Part shown: piece by piece, positions 42,025 to 50,326 of the stretch
How the letters are laid out: each line of letters starts with the position of its first letter
How positions within the stretch are numbered: the first letter of the stretch is position 1
Assembly: GCA_035550595.1 (NCBI GenBank)
Contig: DASZOV010000053.1
Span: 3,607-67,606, forward strand
DNA length: 64,000 bases
Source: Vicinamibacterales bacterium
GTDB lineage: Bacteria > Acidobacteriota > Vicinamibacteria > Vicinamibacterales > SCN-69-37
Reading direction: 5' to 3'
Notes under the pieces: generated by a model
What the model was told of the DNA's origin: nothing
Database searches by the model: none
The model's input: only the letters and a program-made list of their open reading frames with translations
Program-made: the position numbers and the translations under genes

Positions 42025-42567
42025 ATGTTCGAGACCGCCTGTATCCCGATGCTGATCAATAAGGCCACGCTGCGGCGCGAGATGGATGACGAGGAGTCCT
42101 ATCGCGTTGCCGACGTGACGCTGCTGTTAGAGCCGTTCAGCCGCGAGTTGGCGGCCGAACTCGGCGAGCACATTGCCGCGCATCTCTTCGAGGACGACGA
42201 GATGCGCCCCGAAGTCGAGAAGGTCAACCTCTCTCTCAATGCGCCGGATCAGCGCGTCATTGTGGCAAGTGCGCCGGATGCGCCCGCGCTGGCCGAACTG
42301 AAGTCTGTCACGATCGGCGCGCTGGCTGTGACGCGTAAGGCGAAGGAGGATCACGAATGGTATCGCGCGACGATCGAGGCGCGAATCGATCTGCGTGAGC
42401 GCGAGATTCGCGAGTTCTTGTTTCATCACTTCGGCGAGTTGCGCGTGTTCACGTTCTATCCGGAGCAGACACCGTTGTTCGGAGGCCACGGCGCGACGTT
42501 GACGAACGCCGACACCGGCGAAGTCCTGGCCGAGTGGAATGGCGGGGCTGGGGAGGCGACGCACTGA
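42025..42567 (+). CDS. hypothetical protein (180 aa)
   Basis: Clean ORF with no family recognised. Confidence 0.55.
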   Translation: MFETACIPMLINKATLRREMDDEESYRVADVTLLLEPFSRELAAELGEHIAAHLFEDDEMRPEVEKVNLSLNAPDQRVIVASAPDAPALAELKSVTIGALAVTRKAKEDHEWYRATIEARIDLREREIREFLFHHFGELRVFTFYPEQTPLFGGHGATLTNADTGEVLAEWNGGAGEATH

Positions 42568-42854
42568 TGGCTGATGAATTCAGCGGGCTCCCGGTGTTAC
42601 CGGCGGCGTTAGCCTGCGGGCTTGCGTTGCAGCGGATAGTTGGGGACCGGCTCAGCCGCGACCAGTGCCTTGACCTTTGGCGCGAACAGAAGCGGAACGA
42701 GCTGAACATGGTTGGCGTCATGCTCGAAATCTTTGAGCGCGGCTGCTACTTCACGCCCGCTCGGCCGGAAGCCCTCGCCATGCGGTCGGCTTTTGAGGCC
42801 GCCCGCCAGAAGCTGCGCGGGAACTGGGAGCCGCGAGGAGGAGCGACGACATGA
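42567..42854 (+). CDS. hypothetical protein
   Basis: TGATG coupling. 95 aa. Confidence 0.45.
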   Translation: MADEFSGLPVLPAALACGLALQRIVGDRLSRDQCLDLWREQKRNELNMVGVMLEIFERGCYFTPARPEALAMRSAFEAARQKLRGNWEPRGGATT

Positions 42855-43207
42855 AGCGCATTCTGATGTGGCGGAAGCGATGGAAGAGCGGCGGATGGCC
42901 ACCCTTGCCAGATCCGATTCCGCCGCCGCCGGACCTGCCGCCAGCGCCGTCGCGGCAGCGGCACATGACGGTCAACGGCGTGGATATCGCCTTCTGCGAC
43001 GGAGAGTCTGGCGACGGCGAGCCGGTGTCGATAACGATCGACGCATGCCCAGAGCCGCTACCTTCGGATGAGCGATTCGCTACGGCCGAAGCGGCGGCGA
43101 TGCGCCAGTCGCGAGCGCCACTCCGGACCGTGCTGCCAGTTGGAGACTGGGAAGTCGTCGCAACGTACGAGTTCGTCGATGTGGTCGCACGGAAGCGAGA
43201 CGCCTGA
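42851..43207 (+). CDS. hypothetical protein
   Basis: ATGA coupling. 118 aa. Confidence 0.45.
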   Translation: MKRILMWRKRWKSGGWPPLPDPIPPPPDLPPAPSRQRHMTVNGVDIAFCDGESGDGEPVSITIDACPEPLPSDERFATAEAAAMRQSRAPLRTVLPVGDWEVVATYEFVDVVARKRDA

Positions 43208-43455
43208 TGCCACGCTACCGCCGTCCTCCGCTCACCCTCGCCGCGATCCAGCAGGACGGGCCACCTTTGCGTGTCCGCGATCTAGTCGCCATCACGGGCC
43301 TGACGCCGGCAACCGTGCGGGCGGAAGTCGCGTCTGGCCATCTCGTCGCGCATCGGCTGGCTGGCGTCGGCTACTGGATGGTGCAGCGAGCTGAGGCGCG
43401 GCGGTGGCTGGAGGCGTTAGGGTTCAGTGTGACGCAGTCGGAGATGCGCTTATAA
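43207..43455 (+). CDS. HTH (excisionase/MerR-like) DNA-binding protein
   Basis: LRVRDLVAITGLTPATVRAEVASGHLVAHRL..YWMVQRAEARRWL. Confidence 0.55.
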   Translation: MPRYRRPPLTLAAIQQDGPPLRVRDLVAITGLTPATVRAEVASGHLVAHRLAGVGYWMVQRAEARRWLEALGFSVTQSEMRL

Positions 43456-43466
43456 GTTGGGCGCGC

Positions 43467-43519
43467 GGCACGGCATGCCTTGGCCTGGCGCGGCCGGGCT
43501 GGGCAAGGCAGGGCTTGGC
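43467..43519 (+). repeat. (NNGGC) pentanucleotide array 1, 11 register positions
   Basis: GGC starts at 43467, 472, 482, 487, 492, 497, 502, 507, 512 and 517. Position 43477 is GCC. Confidence 0.95.
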
Positions 43520-43551
43520 AAGGGGCTGTAAAGCCAAAGGAGTGATAAGAG

Positions 43552-44211
43552 ATGCGTAGTTACACGGTGACGCTGATGGGCAAGATGCCGCTGCTGATGC
43601 ACGCGGACAACATCGAATGGGCTGACGAGATGGACGCATGGAAGAATGATCCCGCTAACAAAAAAGGGTCAAAGGCTGGCGATGACCGGTCTCCGGCCTT
43701 CCGTTGGATCGGGTCGCTCTACCATGACGGGCAGCACGTCGCGATCCCGTCAGACAACCTGATGCGGTCATTCATGGAAGGCGCCGCAATGGTGCCAGTG
43801 CCAGGCGGCAAGAACGGGAAGACGTTCAAGTCACAAAGCCAAAGCGGCATGCTGATCGATGGGACGCATTGGCCGTTGATGGTGGATGGTCAGCCGATTC
43901 TGGTCGCGCCCATTCTCGCGCTTAAGGGGGAGAAACAGTTCGAGGCCCATCAAAAAGCCGTCGAGAAGGCAGGGTTCTCGCTGCACGTCAAGCGCGCGAA
44001 GGTTGGACAGAACAAGCACGTGCGTGTTCGCCCGATCTTCCAGGCGTGGAGCGCGCGCGGCGTCGTTCATGTGTGGGACGAGCAGATCACGGATGACGTG
44101 TTGGTGCAGATCGTGACGCAGGCTGGGCTCTATAAAGGGCTCGGTGATTGGCGGCCCGGCGGGAAGACGCCGGGGCCGTTCGGGATGTTCACCGCATCAA
44201 TTGCGGCATGA
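43552..44211 (+). CDS. hypothetical protein (219 aa) flanked by GGC arrays
   Basis: RBS AAAGGAG. YTVTLMGKMPLLMH N-terminus. Gly-rich C-terminus GLYKGLGDWRPGGKTPGPFGMF. Confidence 0.65.
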   Translation: MRSYTVTLMGKMPLLMHADNIEWADEMDAWKNDPANKKGSKAGDDRSPAFRWIGSLYHDGQHVAIPSDNLMRSFMEGAAMVPVPGGKNGKTFKSQSQSGMLIDGTHWPLMVDGQPILVAPILALKGEKQFEAHQKAVEKAGFSLHVKRAKVGQNKHVRVRPIFQAWSARGVVHVWDEQITDDVLVQIVTQAGLYKGLGDWRPGGKTPGPFGMFTASIAA

Positions 44212-44219
44212 TTCGGATT

Positions 44220-44332
44220 GGCTAGGCACGGCGTGGCGCGGCGTGGCACGGTCCGGCGAGGCTCCGCACGGCTGTGCTTGGCAGGGCGTGGCATGGCAAG
44301 GCATGGCACGGCCTGGTCGGGCTAGGCGCGGC
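44220..44332 (+). repeat. (NNGGC) pentanucleotide array 2, 23 register positions
   Basis: GGC at every 5th nt from 44220 to 44330, except 44250 and 44315 (GGT), 44265 (CGC) and 44275 (TGC). Confidence 0.95.
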
Positions 44333-44342
44333 AAGGGGGCGT

Positions 44343-44861
44343 ATGCCCATTCAGATGGAGGCTCAGATAATAATGGAGCGATTTAAGCGAGATCCTCAGA
44401 ATGACGCAGATGTGCGGCTGTTGATGCAGGTATTTCCGGACATTCTACCGGACGGTCGCACCATCACTCACGCACAGTTAGAGGGCGCACTCAAGTTGTC
44501 GCGCGTGTCGTCGCGGTATAAGACGGTCGTGAACAAGTGGCGGAAGATATTGCAAGCGGAACGCTGCGTCTACCTCGACGGCATGATCGGTCGCGGTCAC
44601 GGGTTCGTGTCCCTTACGCCTGATGAAATGGTGCGATTCAGCAACCGAACCGTGCGCGCGTCTGGTCGGAAACTGAAGAAGGCGCTCGCCGTCGTCAGTA
44701 TGCCTGACGATCATCAATTGAGCCAGGACACACTGAAGTATCGCGGCTTGCTGCAGGCGGCTTTGGAGAAGATTTCAGTGGAGCAGCGTGCCGCCATCCG
44801 CGACGTGACTCGCGCGCTCGCGCCGATGAAGCAGTTGCCGAAGCGGGCGATTGGCGAATAA
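44343..44861 (+). CDS. hypothetical protein (~172 aa)
   Basis: In frame with ORF 44274..44861, whose first 23 codons read through the array. Alternative starts are 44355 and 44373. Confidence 0.6.
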   Translation: MPIQMEAQIIMERFKRDPQNDADVRLLMQVFPDILPDGRTITHAQLEGALKLSRVSSRYKTVVNKWRKILQAERCVYLDGMIGRGHGFVSLTPDEMVRFSNRTVRASGRKLKKALAVVSMPDDHQLSQDTLKYRGLLQAALEKISVEQRAAIRDVTRALAPMKQLPKRAIGE

Positions 44862-44871
44862 ATATTCGCGA

Positions 44872-44929
44872 GGCATGGCGCGGCTCGGCGCGGCTAGGCG
44901 AGGCTCGGCATGGCGTGGCTTGGTAGGGC
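44872..44929 (+). repeat. (NNGGC) pentanucleotide array 3, 12 register positions
   Basis: GGC at 44872 through 44917 and at 44927. Position 44922 is GGT. Preceded by the palindrome GCGAATAAATATTCGC (44854-44869) spanning the stop codon. Confidence 0.95.
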
Positions 44930-44968
44930 ATGGGGCCGTATGGCCAGAGGGAAAGGCGCAGTCGAAGG

Positions 44969-45337
44969 ATGCCAATCGTGCAGGTGCTCGTCCCGTTCGA
45001 TGTCCGCGTGGCGCCTGACGCCGACCGCTTCCACGCGTCCAGCCGGAGCGCGCCGGGTCTCCATGTCGACGGGGCCACGGAGCGCGAAGCGATCGCCGAG
45101 TTCGTCGCGGCGGCGCCAGCCTATATTCGCTCGCTCATGCAGGATGTTGCTCGCTATCCACCTGCCGCCCTGCGTGAAGCTGACGCAGCGCGGTATGTCG
45201 GCCTGACATGTTCGTTCCTGCGCGCGGCCCGCGTCGGCCGCTGCGATGGCCCGGCCTACATCCGAGTCGGCCGCGCGGTTCTGTATCTCGCGTCAGACCT
45301 GGATGCGTGGCTGCGCGCGCATCGAGTCGGTGTGTGA
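44969..45337 (+). CDS. HicB/DUF1902-like N-terminal domain fused to an excisionase-type HTH
   Basis: IVQVLVPFDVRVAPDADRFHASSRSAPGLHVDGATEREAIAEF, then AARYVGLTCSFLRAARVGRCDGPAYIRVGRAVLYLASDLDAWL. Confidence 0.5.
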   Translation: MPIVQVLVPFDVRVAPDADRFHASSRSAPGLHVDGATEREAIAEFVAAAPAYIRSLMQDVARYPPAALREADAARYVGLTCSFLRAARVGRCDGPAYIRVGRAVLYLASDLDAWLRAHRVGV

Positions 45338-45593
45338 CCTTCCGCGCGACACTAACCGGGTAATCCGCGCGAATCCACACATAAGACGCAACCACTCATC
45401 TAGGCAGATCCCATAACCTGGGCGCATAGTAGTGGCAGCACCGTGCTGCACTCCCCATGCCGCGCCCTCACCCCCTCCAGACACCTACACCCCACCCCCT
45501 AGACCGGGGAGGGGCGGATCCGCTACCCGGGCACTCCCGATATCCGCCGTGTCTCGGCGTCCTCCTGCGGCGGGGAGTGCGGCAGGGACGCTG

Positions 45594-46013
45594 ATGGCGA
45601 GCCGCGCGCCGCATTACTGCCCGCAACCTGGCTGCTCAGCCATCGTCACGCGCGGGCGCTGCGCGAAGCACCAGCGCGAGCGGAGCAACGACTACGACTC
45701 GGCGCGGCGAGGCGAGAGCTGGCGACGGCTCTATCACGAGGCTCGATGGCAGCGCGAGCGGGCGCGCTGGCTGCGTCGGCAGGCGAACCTGCTCTGTGTC
45801 TACTGTCTCGCCGAAGGGCGCACGACCCCGGCGAACTCCATCGACCATGACCCGCCGCACCGCGGGGACCGCGCGAAGTTCTACGACAAGTCCACGTGGC
45901 GCGCGAGCTGTGTCAGTTGCAATTCGCGGCGATCGCGGCGCGGGAACGTTTCAATGGCACGCGATTTGTCCGGGCAGGGTGGGCAAAATCATTGGGGCGG
46001 GAGGGCCGAATGA
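45594..46013 (+). CDS. HNH endonuclease (terminase-associated position)
   Basis: CVYCLAEGRTTPANSIDHDPPHRGD..CVSCNS. Immediately upstream of TerS, as in HK97-like cos phages. Confidence 0.8.
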   Translation: MASRAPHYCPQPGCSAIVTRGRCAKHQRERSNDYDSARRGESWRRLYHEARWQRERARWLRRQANLLCVYCLAEGRTTPANSIDHDPPHRGDRAKFYDKSTWRASCVSCNSRRSRRGNVSMARDLSGQGGQNHWGGRAE

Positions 46014-46123
46014 CCCGGCTTGCCCATGTTTACGCGTGCCCGCAGTTTCAAAAGTGTAATTTATTGGTGATCTGACTGAAGACACCGGAAATACACGGCG
46101 TGGCATGCAATTTGAGGCGATTG
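46014..46123. other. candidate cos/packaging-initiation region
   Basis: AT-richer 110-nt gap (GTTTCAAAAGTGTAATTTATTGGTGATCTGACTGAAG) between the HNH and TerS genes. Assigned by position only. Confidence 0.25.
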
Positions 46124-46681
46124 ATGGGCGGAAAAGGTAGCGGAGGCGCGAGAACTGGCGCGGGCCGACCGCCGAAGGATGCGCGTGAGAAGGCGCTGGC
46201 TGGTTGGGCTGGTAAGCGCGGCACCAAGGCAGAGCATGATGCCGCGATTACTCGCGCGAATCAACCCCTGCCGGTTATGTCGCCGCCCGCTGATCTGCCG
46301 GCGGATCAACGCGCGGTCTGGCTTGAGCTCGCGCCGCACGCCGCCGCCCAGCGGACGCTGACTGATGACATGGCGCTGGCGTTCAGAGATTTATGCGAGG
46401 CGATCACGCTCAAGCGGCGGATGCTCGCGACGATCGAGGATGACGGCCTGACGTATCAGCGTCGGACCGTGAAGGTCGAGCGTGAGGACGCGGACGTGGA
46501 GCTGCGGACTGAGGAATGCGAGATCAAGGCGCATCCGCTCCTGACGCACCATCGCGGGCTGATGCAGCGCGTCGAGGTCGGACTATTGCGCTTCCGGTTG
46601 TCGCCGGTCGGCAAAGAAGTCGTGCCGGACGCCGCGAACGCGAAGGATGAATGGGCGGAATTCGATGGGACGCTTCAGTAG
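46124..46681 (+). CDS. terminase small subunit, P27 family
   Basis: MGGKGSGGARTGAGRPPK N-terminus. ..AHPLL..R.GL.RFRLSP.. is typical of P27-type TerS. Confidence 0.75.
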   Translation: MGGKGSGGARTGAGRPPKDAREKALAGWAGKRGTKAEHDAAITRANQPLPVMSPPADLPADQRAVWLELAPHAAAQRTLTDDMALAFRDLCEAITLKRRMLATIEDDGLTYQRRTVKVEREDADVELRTEECEIKAHPLLTHHRGLMQRVEVGLLRFRLSPVGKEVVPDAANAKDEWAEFDGTLQ

Positions 46682-48470
46682 CGCGAAGAATTCCGTCGAC
46701 GCCTACGCGATGGCCGTCGTCGCTGGCCGCGTGCCGGCGGGCAGGTATCACCGTTTGGCCTGCGAGCGGCATCTCTTCGATCGTCGCCGTGAGGGATCGC
46801 GCGGGTTCCCGTTCCGGTTCATCTGGGAACCGACACGGCGCGGTGAGCACAGCGCGACACGGTTCCTATCCTTCGCGCGGCGCGTGAAGCACTACAAGGG
46901 CGAATGGGCCGGACGGTATTTCGAGCCGAGCGACAACCAGGTCTTCCGGCTCGGGTCGATCTTTGGCTGGCGTCACGCCGAGTCCGGGCTTCGGCGTTTC
47001 ACGACGGCGTACAACGAAATTCCTCGCAAGGGCGGCAAGACGTTCGAGGCCGCCATTGTCGCGCTCTATGGAACGTTCTTCGAGGGCGAGGCTGGCGCGG
47101 AAGGCTACTGCATCGCGACGAAGCGCGAGCAGGCCCGGCGCGTGTTTGATGACGCGAAGCGGATGGTGGTCTCGTCCGGCCTGAAGTCGCGGATCAAAGT
47201 GAACGCCGCGAACCTCTGTCGAGACGATCTCGCCTGCAAACTCGAACCGCTCGGCGCAGACGCGGACAGCACGGACGGGCTCAACCCGCATGTGATTATC
47301 ACGGACGAGTTTCACGCGCACAAAACGCGCGCGCTCATTGACGTCATGGAGAGCGCGACGGGCGCACGGCGCAACCCGCTGCATTTTCAGATCACGACGG
47401 CCGGCAATGATCCGGTCAGCCCCTGCGGCGACCAGCATGAGTACGTGACACGCATCCTTGACGGCGTGCTCGACGACGACCCGGCCACGCTCTCGATGTT
47501 CGCGTTCATTGCGCACGCCGACGAGGCGGACGACTGGCGCGAGGAAGCGACGTGGCGCAAGGCGAATCCGCACTACGACATCTCGGTCAAGCCGGATGAC
47601 ATGCGCAAGCTCGCAGCGAAGGCGATTCATATGCCGAGCGCGGCGGCCGAGTTTCAGCAGAAGCGCCTGAACATCTGGGTGAACGCCTCTGCGCCATGGC
47701 TCTCGCTCGACGGCTGGCGCAAGGGACAGACGCAATGGTCGCCTGACGACGTGCTCGGCGAGGAATGCTATCTCGGGCTCGACCTCGCCTCGAAGATTGA
47801 TCTCTGCGCGCTCGTCGCGCTCTTCCCGCCGACGCCATCGCGCGAGTCCTGGCGCATCCTGCCGTTCGCGTGGACGCCGAAGGACACGCTCGTCGAACGT
47901 GCCCATCGGGATCGCGCGCCCTATGACATCTGGGCGCAGCAGGGCTATTTGCTCACGGTGCCTGGCGAGAAGATCAGTCAGGCGCTCGTGCGGGAAAAGA
48001 TCCTCGACCTGAAATCGCGCTACCGCGTCCGCGCCATCGGGTACGACGACTGGCACATGGATCAACTCGACGAGCAACTGGTCGAGGAAGATGGCCTGTC
48101 GCGTGAATCGCTCGTCGTGGTCCCGCAGACCTACGCCGGCATGTCGTCGGCCTGTCTGCGATTCGAGGCCGAAGTCCTTGGCGGACACGTCGACGCGGGC
48201 GATTCGCCGCTCATGGCATGGTGCGCCTCAAACGTCGTCGTTCAGCGTGACGGCAAGGACAACATCTATCCGGTCAAGAAGCGCAGCCGCGGGCGCATCG
48301 ATCCCATTGTGGCGGCGAACATCGCCATGGCCTGTTACCTCAAGCAGCCGGTTGTGAGTGGCCGCAAGAAGTCCATCTACGCCACGCGCCTCGCTGAAGC
48401 CGTCATGGTGGGCGATGGGGCCTCCGCGAGTCCGGAGTCTGACGCATCGCAGGCAGGGGGGCAGGCGTGA
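46647..48470 (+). CDS. terminase large subunit
   Basis: Terminase_1-like: IPRKGGKTFEAA (Walker A-like), HVIITDEFH (Walker B) and a C-terminal nuclease domain. The start is 46647 or 46665. Confidence 0.9.
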   Translation: MNGRNSMGRFSSAKNSVDAYAMAVVAGRVPAGRYHRLACERHLFDRRREGSRGFPFRFIWEPTRRGEHSATRFLSFARRVKHYKGEWAGRYFEPSDNQVFRLGSIFGWRHAESGLRRFTTAYNEIPRKGGKTFEAAIVALYGTFFEGEAGAEGYCIATKREQARRVFDDAKRMVVSSGLKSRIKVNAANLCRDDLACKLEPLGADADSTDGLNPHVIITDEFHAHKTRALIDVMESATGARRNPLHFQITTAGNDPVSPCGDQHEYVTRILDGVLDDDPATLSMFAFIAHADEADDWREEATWRKANPHYDISVKPDDMRKLAAKAIHMPSAAAEFQQKRLNIWVNASAPWLSLDGWRKGQTQWSPDDVLGEECYLGLDLASKIDLCALVALFPPTPSRESWRILPFAWTPKDTLVERAHRDRAPYDIWAQQGYLLTVPGEKISQALVREKILDLKSRYRVRAIGYDDWHMDQLDEQLVEEDGLSRESLVVVPQTYAGMSSACLRFEAEVLGGHVDAGDSPLMAWCASNVVVQRDGKDNIYPVKKRSRGRIDPIVAANIAMACYLKQPVVSGRKKSIYATRLAEAVMVGDGASASPESDASQAGGQA

Positions 48471-48682
48471 GCCGTCTGAGGGCGATGATCGCGTTGATTC
48501 GGCGCGAACTCGATGCGCACACGTTGACGCTCCTGGCCGGCCTCGGGCTGATCGGTTACGGCGCGGCACTGCTGCATCCGGCGGCTGGCTTTCTCGCGCC
48601 CGGCGCGATTCTGGTCTGGTGGACGCTGCCGTCTCGGCCGCCGTTCGTCGCGCGGTCGACCGAGCCTAAGGAGCGGCGATGA
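48467..48682 (+). CDS. small membrane protein
   Basis: GTGA coupling, two hydrophobic segments. Confidence 0.45.
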   Translation: MSRLRAMIALIRRELDAHTLTLLAGLGLIGYGAALLHPAAGFLAPGAILVWWTLPSRPPFVARSTEPKERR

Positions 48683-50313
48683 GTTTCCTTCAGCGTGTGC
48701 AGACCGGCCTGTTTCGCCACTCGGCGCGCGCCGATGGGCGCGGTCCTTTGTCGGATTTCTGGTATCAGCCGATTGGCGGCTATTCCAGTTCAGGTGTCCG
48801 CGTCACCGATCAGTCCGCACGGACGATCGCTGCGTTCTGGCAGGGCTGCCGCCTCATTAGTCAAGGGATCGGTGGCCTGTCGTGCCATCTGTATGAACGT
48901 CTCGATAGAGACCGTCGTCAGCGCGTGACTGGATCAACACCGGTTGGCAACTTGGCCTATCGACTACGATGGCAACCAAACCAGATTCAGACGGCCTTCG
49001 GGTTCTGGGGACTTGCGGCGATGTGTACACAAGTGCGTGGCATGTTCGTTGCCGAGAAGGAGCCAGGTCCGTTCACGGGAGGATCGGACAACCTCGTTCC
49101 GATCCATCCTGATCTCGTGACGCGGAAGCGGCTGCCGAATGGCACGTTGCGCTATGACGTGCGCGACGGCGGCGCGACGCGGCACTTGTCTCCGGATGAT
49201 GTGTTCGTCATCGACGGTGCAACTGATTGGGATGGCGTGACGCCGATGGCGCTGATTCTCTCCGCGGCGCAATCGCTCGGCACGACCATCGCGGCCGACC
49301 GCTACGCGGGCCGATTCTTCAAGAGCGGGACCGCGAACGCGCTGGCGGTGATCTCGAAGGACGAACTCGGGCCGGAAGGCATCCAGAACCTGCATGCCTC
49401 GGTGACGAAATACATTAGCGGCCTCGAAAACGCCTTTGGCGTGTTGCCGCTCGAAGGTGACGTCGATATCAAGACGATTGGCGTGAGCCCGCACGACGCG
49501 CAACTCATTCTCGCGCGCCAGTTCGGTGTTGAGGATGTCGCGCGCTGGTTGAACATCCCGCTCCACATGCTGCGGTTCTCCAATGCCGGCACGGGCAGCT
49601 ATGCGAGTCTCGAGGTCTTCAGCGCGGAGTTCGTGACCTATACGCTGCGGCCGATTGCGATCGCGATCGAGCAGGCCATTCAGCGCGATCTGCTGATCGA
49701 TCCGTTGGACGATCGCGACTATGGCGATCCGCGTCGAGACCGCTACTTCGCCGAGTTCAACATGGATGCCTTGATGCGCGGCGACCTGACGAGCCGCTAT
49801 AACGCATACCGCACGGGCATCATGAGCGGCTTTCTCCGGCGCAACGAAGCGCGCGTCAAGGAAAATCTCGACCCGGCCGATGGCCTCGATGAGTTCTTGA
49901 CGCCGCTGAATATGAATGACGGCGCGCCCTCGAATCAGTTTATAGACCCGGCGCGCTCGCGCACGTCAGGCGACGGACCGACCTACGAGCGTTATCGCGC
50001 CGCCGTGCTCGCGGCGGAAGCGGCCGGGCGAATCGTGCGCAAGGAACGCGCGGCTGTTGAGAAACTGGCGAAGCAATATGCGGACGATCCAGACGAATGG
50101 GAACAGGGCCTCCGCGCGTTCTATGCCGATCATGCCGGGTTCATTTCGGAGACGCTCCGCGTCCCATATGACACCGCCCGCGAGTATTGCGGCCGTCAGG
50201 GCTGCACGCTCCTGAAGGCGGGCGTGTCGGCGCTCGATGCGCTCGATTTCAGGGCCACTGAAGACTTGGCCGTCCTGGCGCTATCGGGCGGCTCATGGGC
50301 GGACGCCGCCTAG
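48679..50313 (+). CDS. portal protein (HK97 family)
   Basis: RBS AAGGAG. 544 aa. Sits between TerL and the protease. The central region RWLNIPLHML..GTGSYASLE..F is portal-like. Confidence 0.85.
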   Translation: MSFLQRVQTGLFRHSARADGRGPLSDFWYQPIGGYSSSGVRVTDQSARTIAAFWQGCRLISQGIGGLSCHLYERLDRDRRQRVTGSTPVGNLAYRLRWQPNQIQTAFGFWGLAAMCTQVRGMFVAEKEPGPFTGGSDNLVPIHPDLVTRKRLPNGTLRYDVRDGGATRHLSPDDVFVIDGATDWDGVTPMALILSAAQSLGTTIAADRYAGRFFKSGTANALAVISKDELGPEGIQNLHASVTKYISGLENAFGVLPLEGDVDIKTIGVSPHDAQLILARQFGVEDVARWLNIPLHMLRFSNAGTGSYASLEVFSAEFVTYTLRPIAIAIEQAIQRDLLIDPLDDRDYGDPRRDRYFAEFNMDALMRGDLTSRYNAYRTGIMSGFLRRNEARVKENLDPADGLDEFLTPLNMNDGAPSNQFIDPARSRTSGDGPTYERYRAAVLAAEAAGRIVRKERAAVEKLAKQYADDPDEWEQGLRAFYADHAGFISETLRVPYDTAREYCGRQGCTLLKAGVSALDALDFRATEDLAVLALSGGSWADAA

Positions 50314-50326
50314 AGGAGAGACTATC

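Noticed and set aside
43467-44929. GGC arrays as a CRISPR array, coding low-complexity sequence or a simple microsatellite
   Set aside because: The unit is only 5 nt with non-conserved spacers, so there is no repeat-spacer structure. The arrays sit exactly between stops and RBSs. ORF 44274 would read through array 2 only if a start upstream of a better RBS/ATG were used. A slippage microsatellite would conserve all 5 nt, not just GGC.
45338-45593. Structured ncRNA in the 255-nt C-rich/G-rich gap before the terminase-associated HNH gene
   Set aside because: Some complementary C-run and G-run pairing is possible (CCCCTCC..GGAGGGG). I could not define a convincing fold, promoter or terminator, and the short antisense ORFs there look spurious.
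46866-48188. 440-aa antisense ORF. Similar long antisense ORFs occur at 3166..4341, 16043..17011, 27976..28935, 36328..37674, 50432..51670, 60045..61031 and 61622..62812.
   Set aside because: Each lies opposite a gene with clear family motifs (terminase, permease, Erf, protease, tape measure and so on). Their Arg/His/Asp-rich composition is typical of antisense frames in high-GC DNA.
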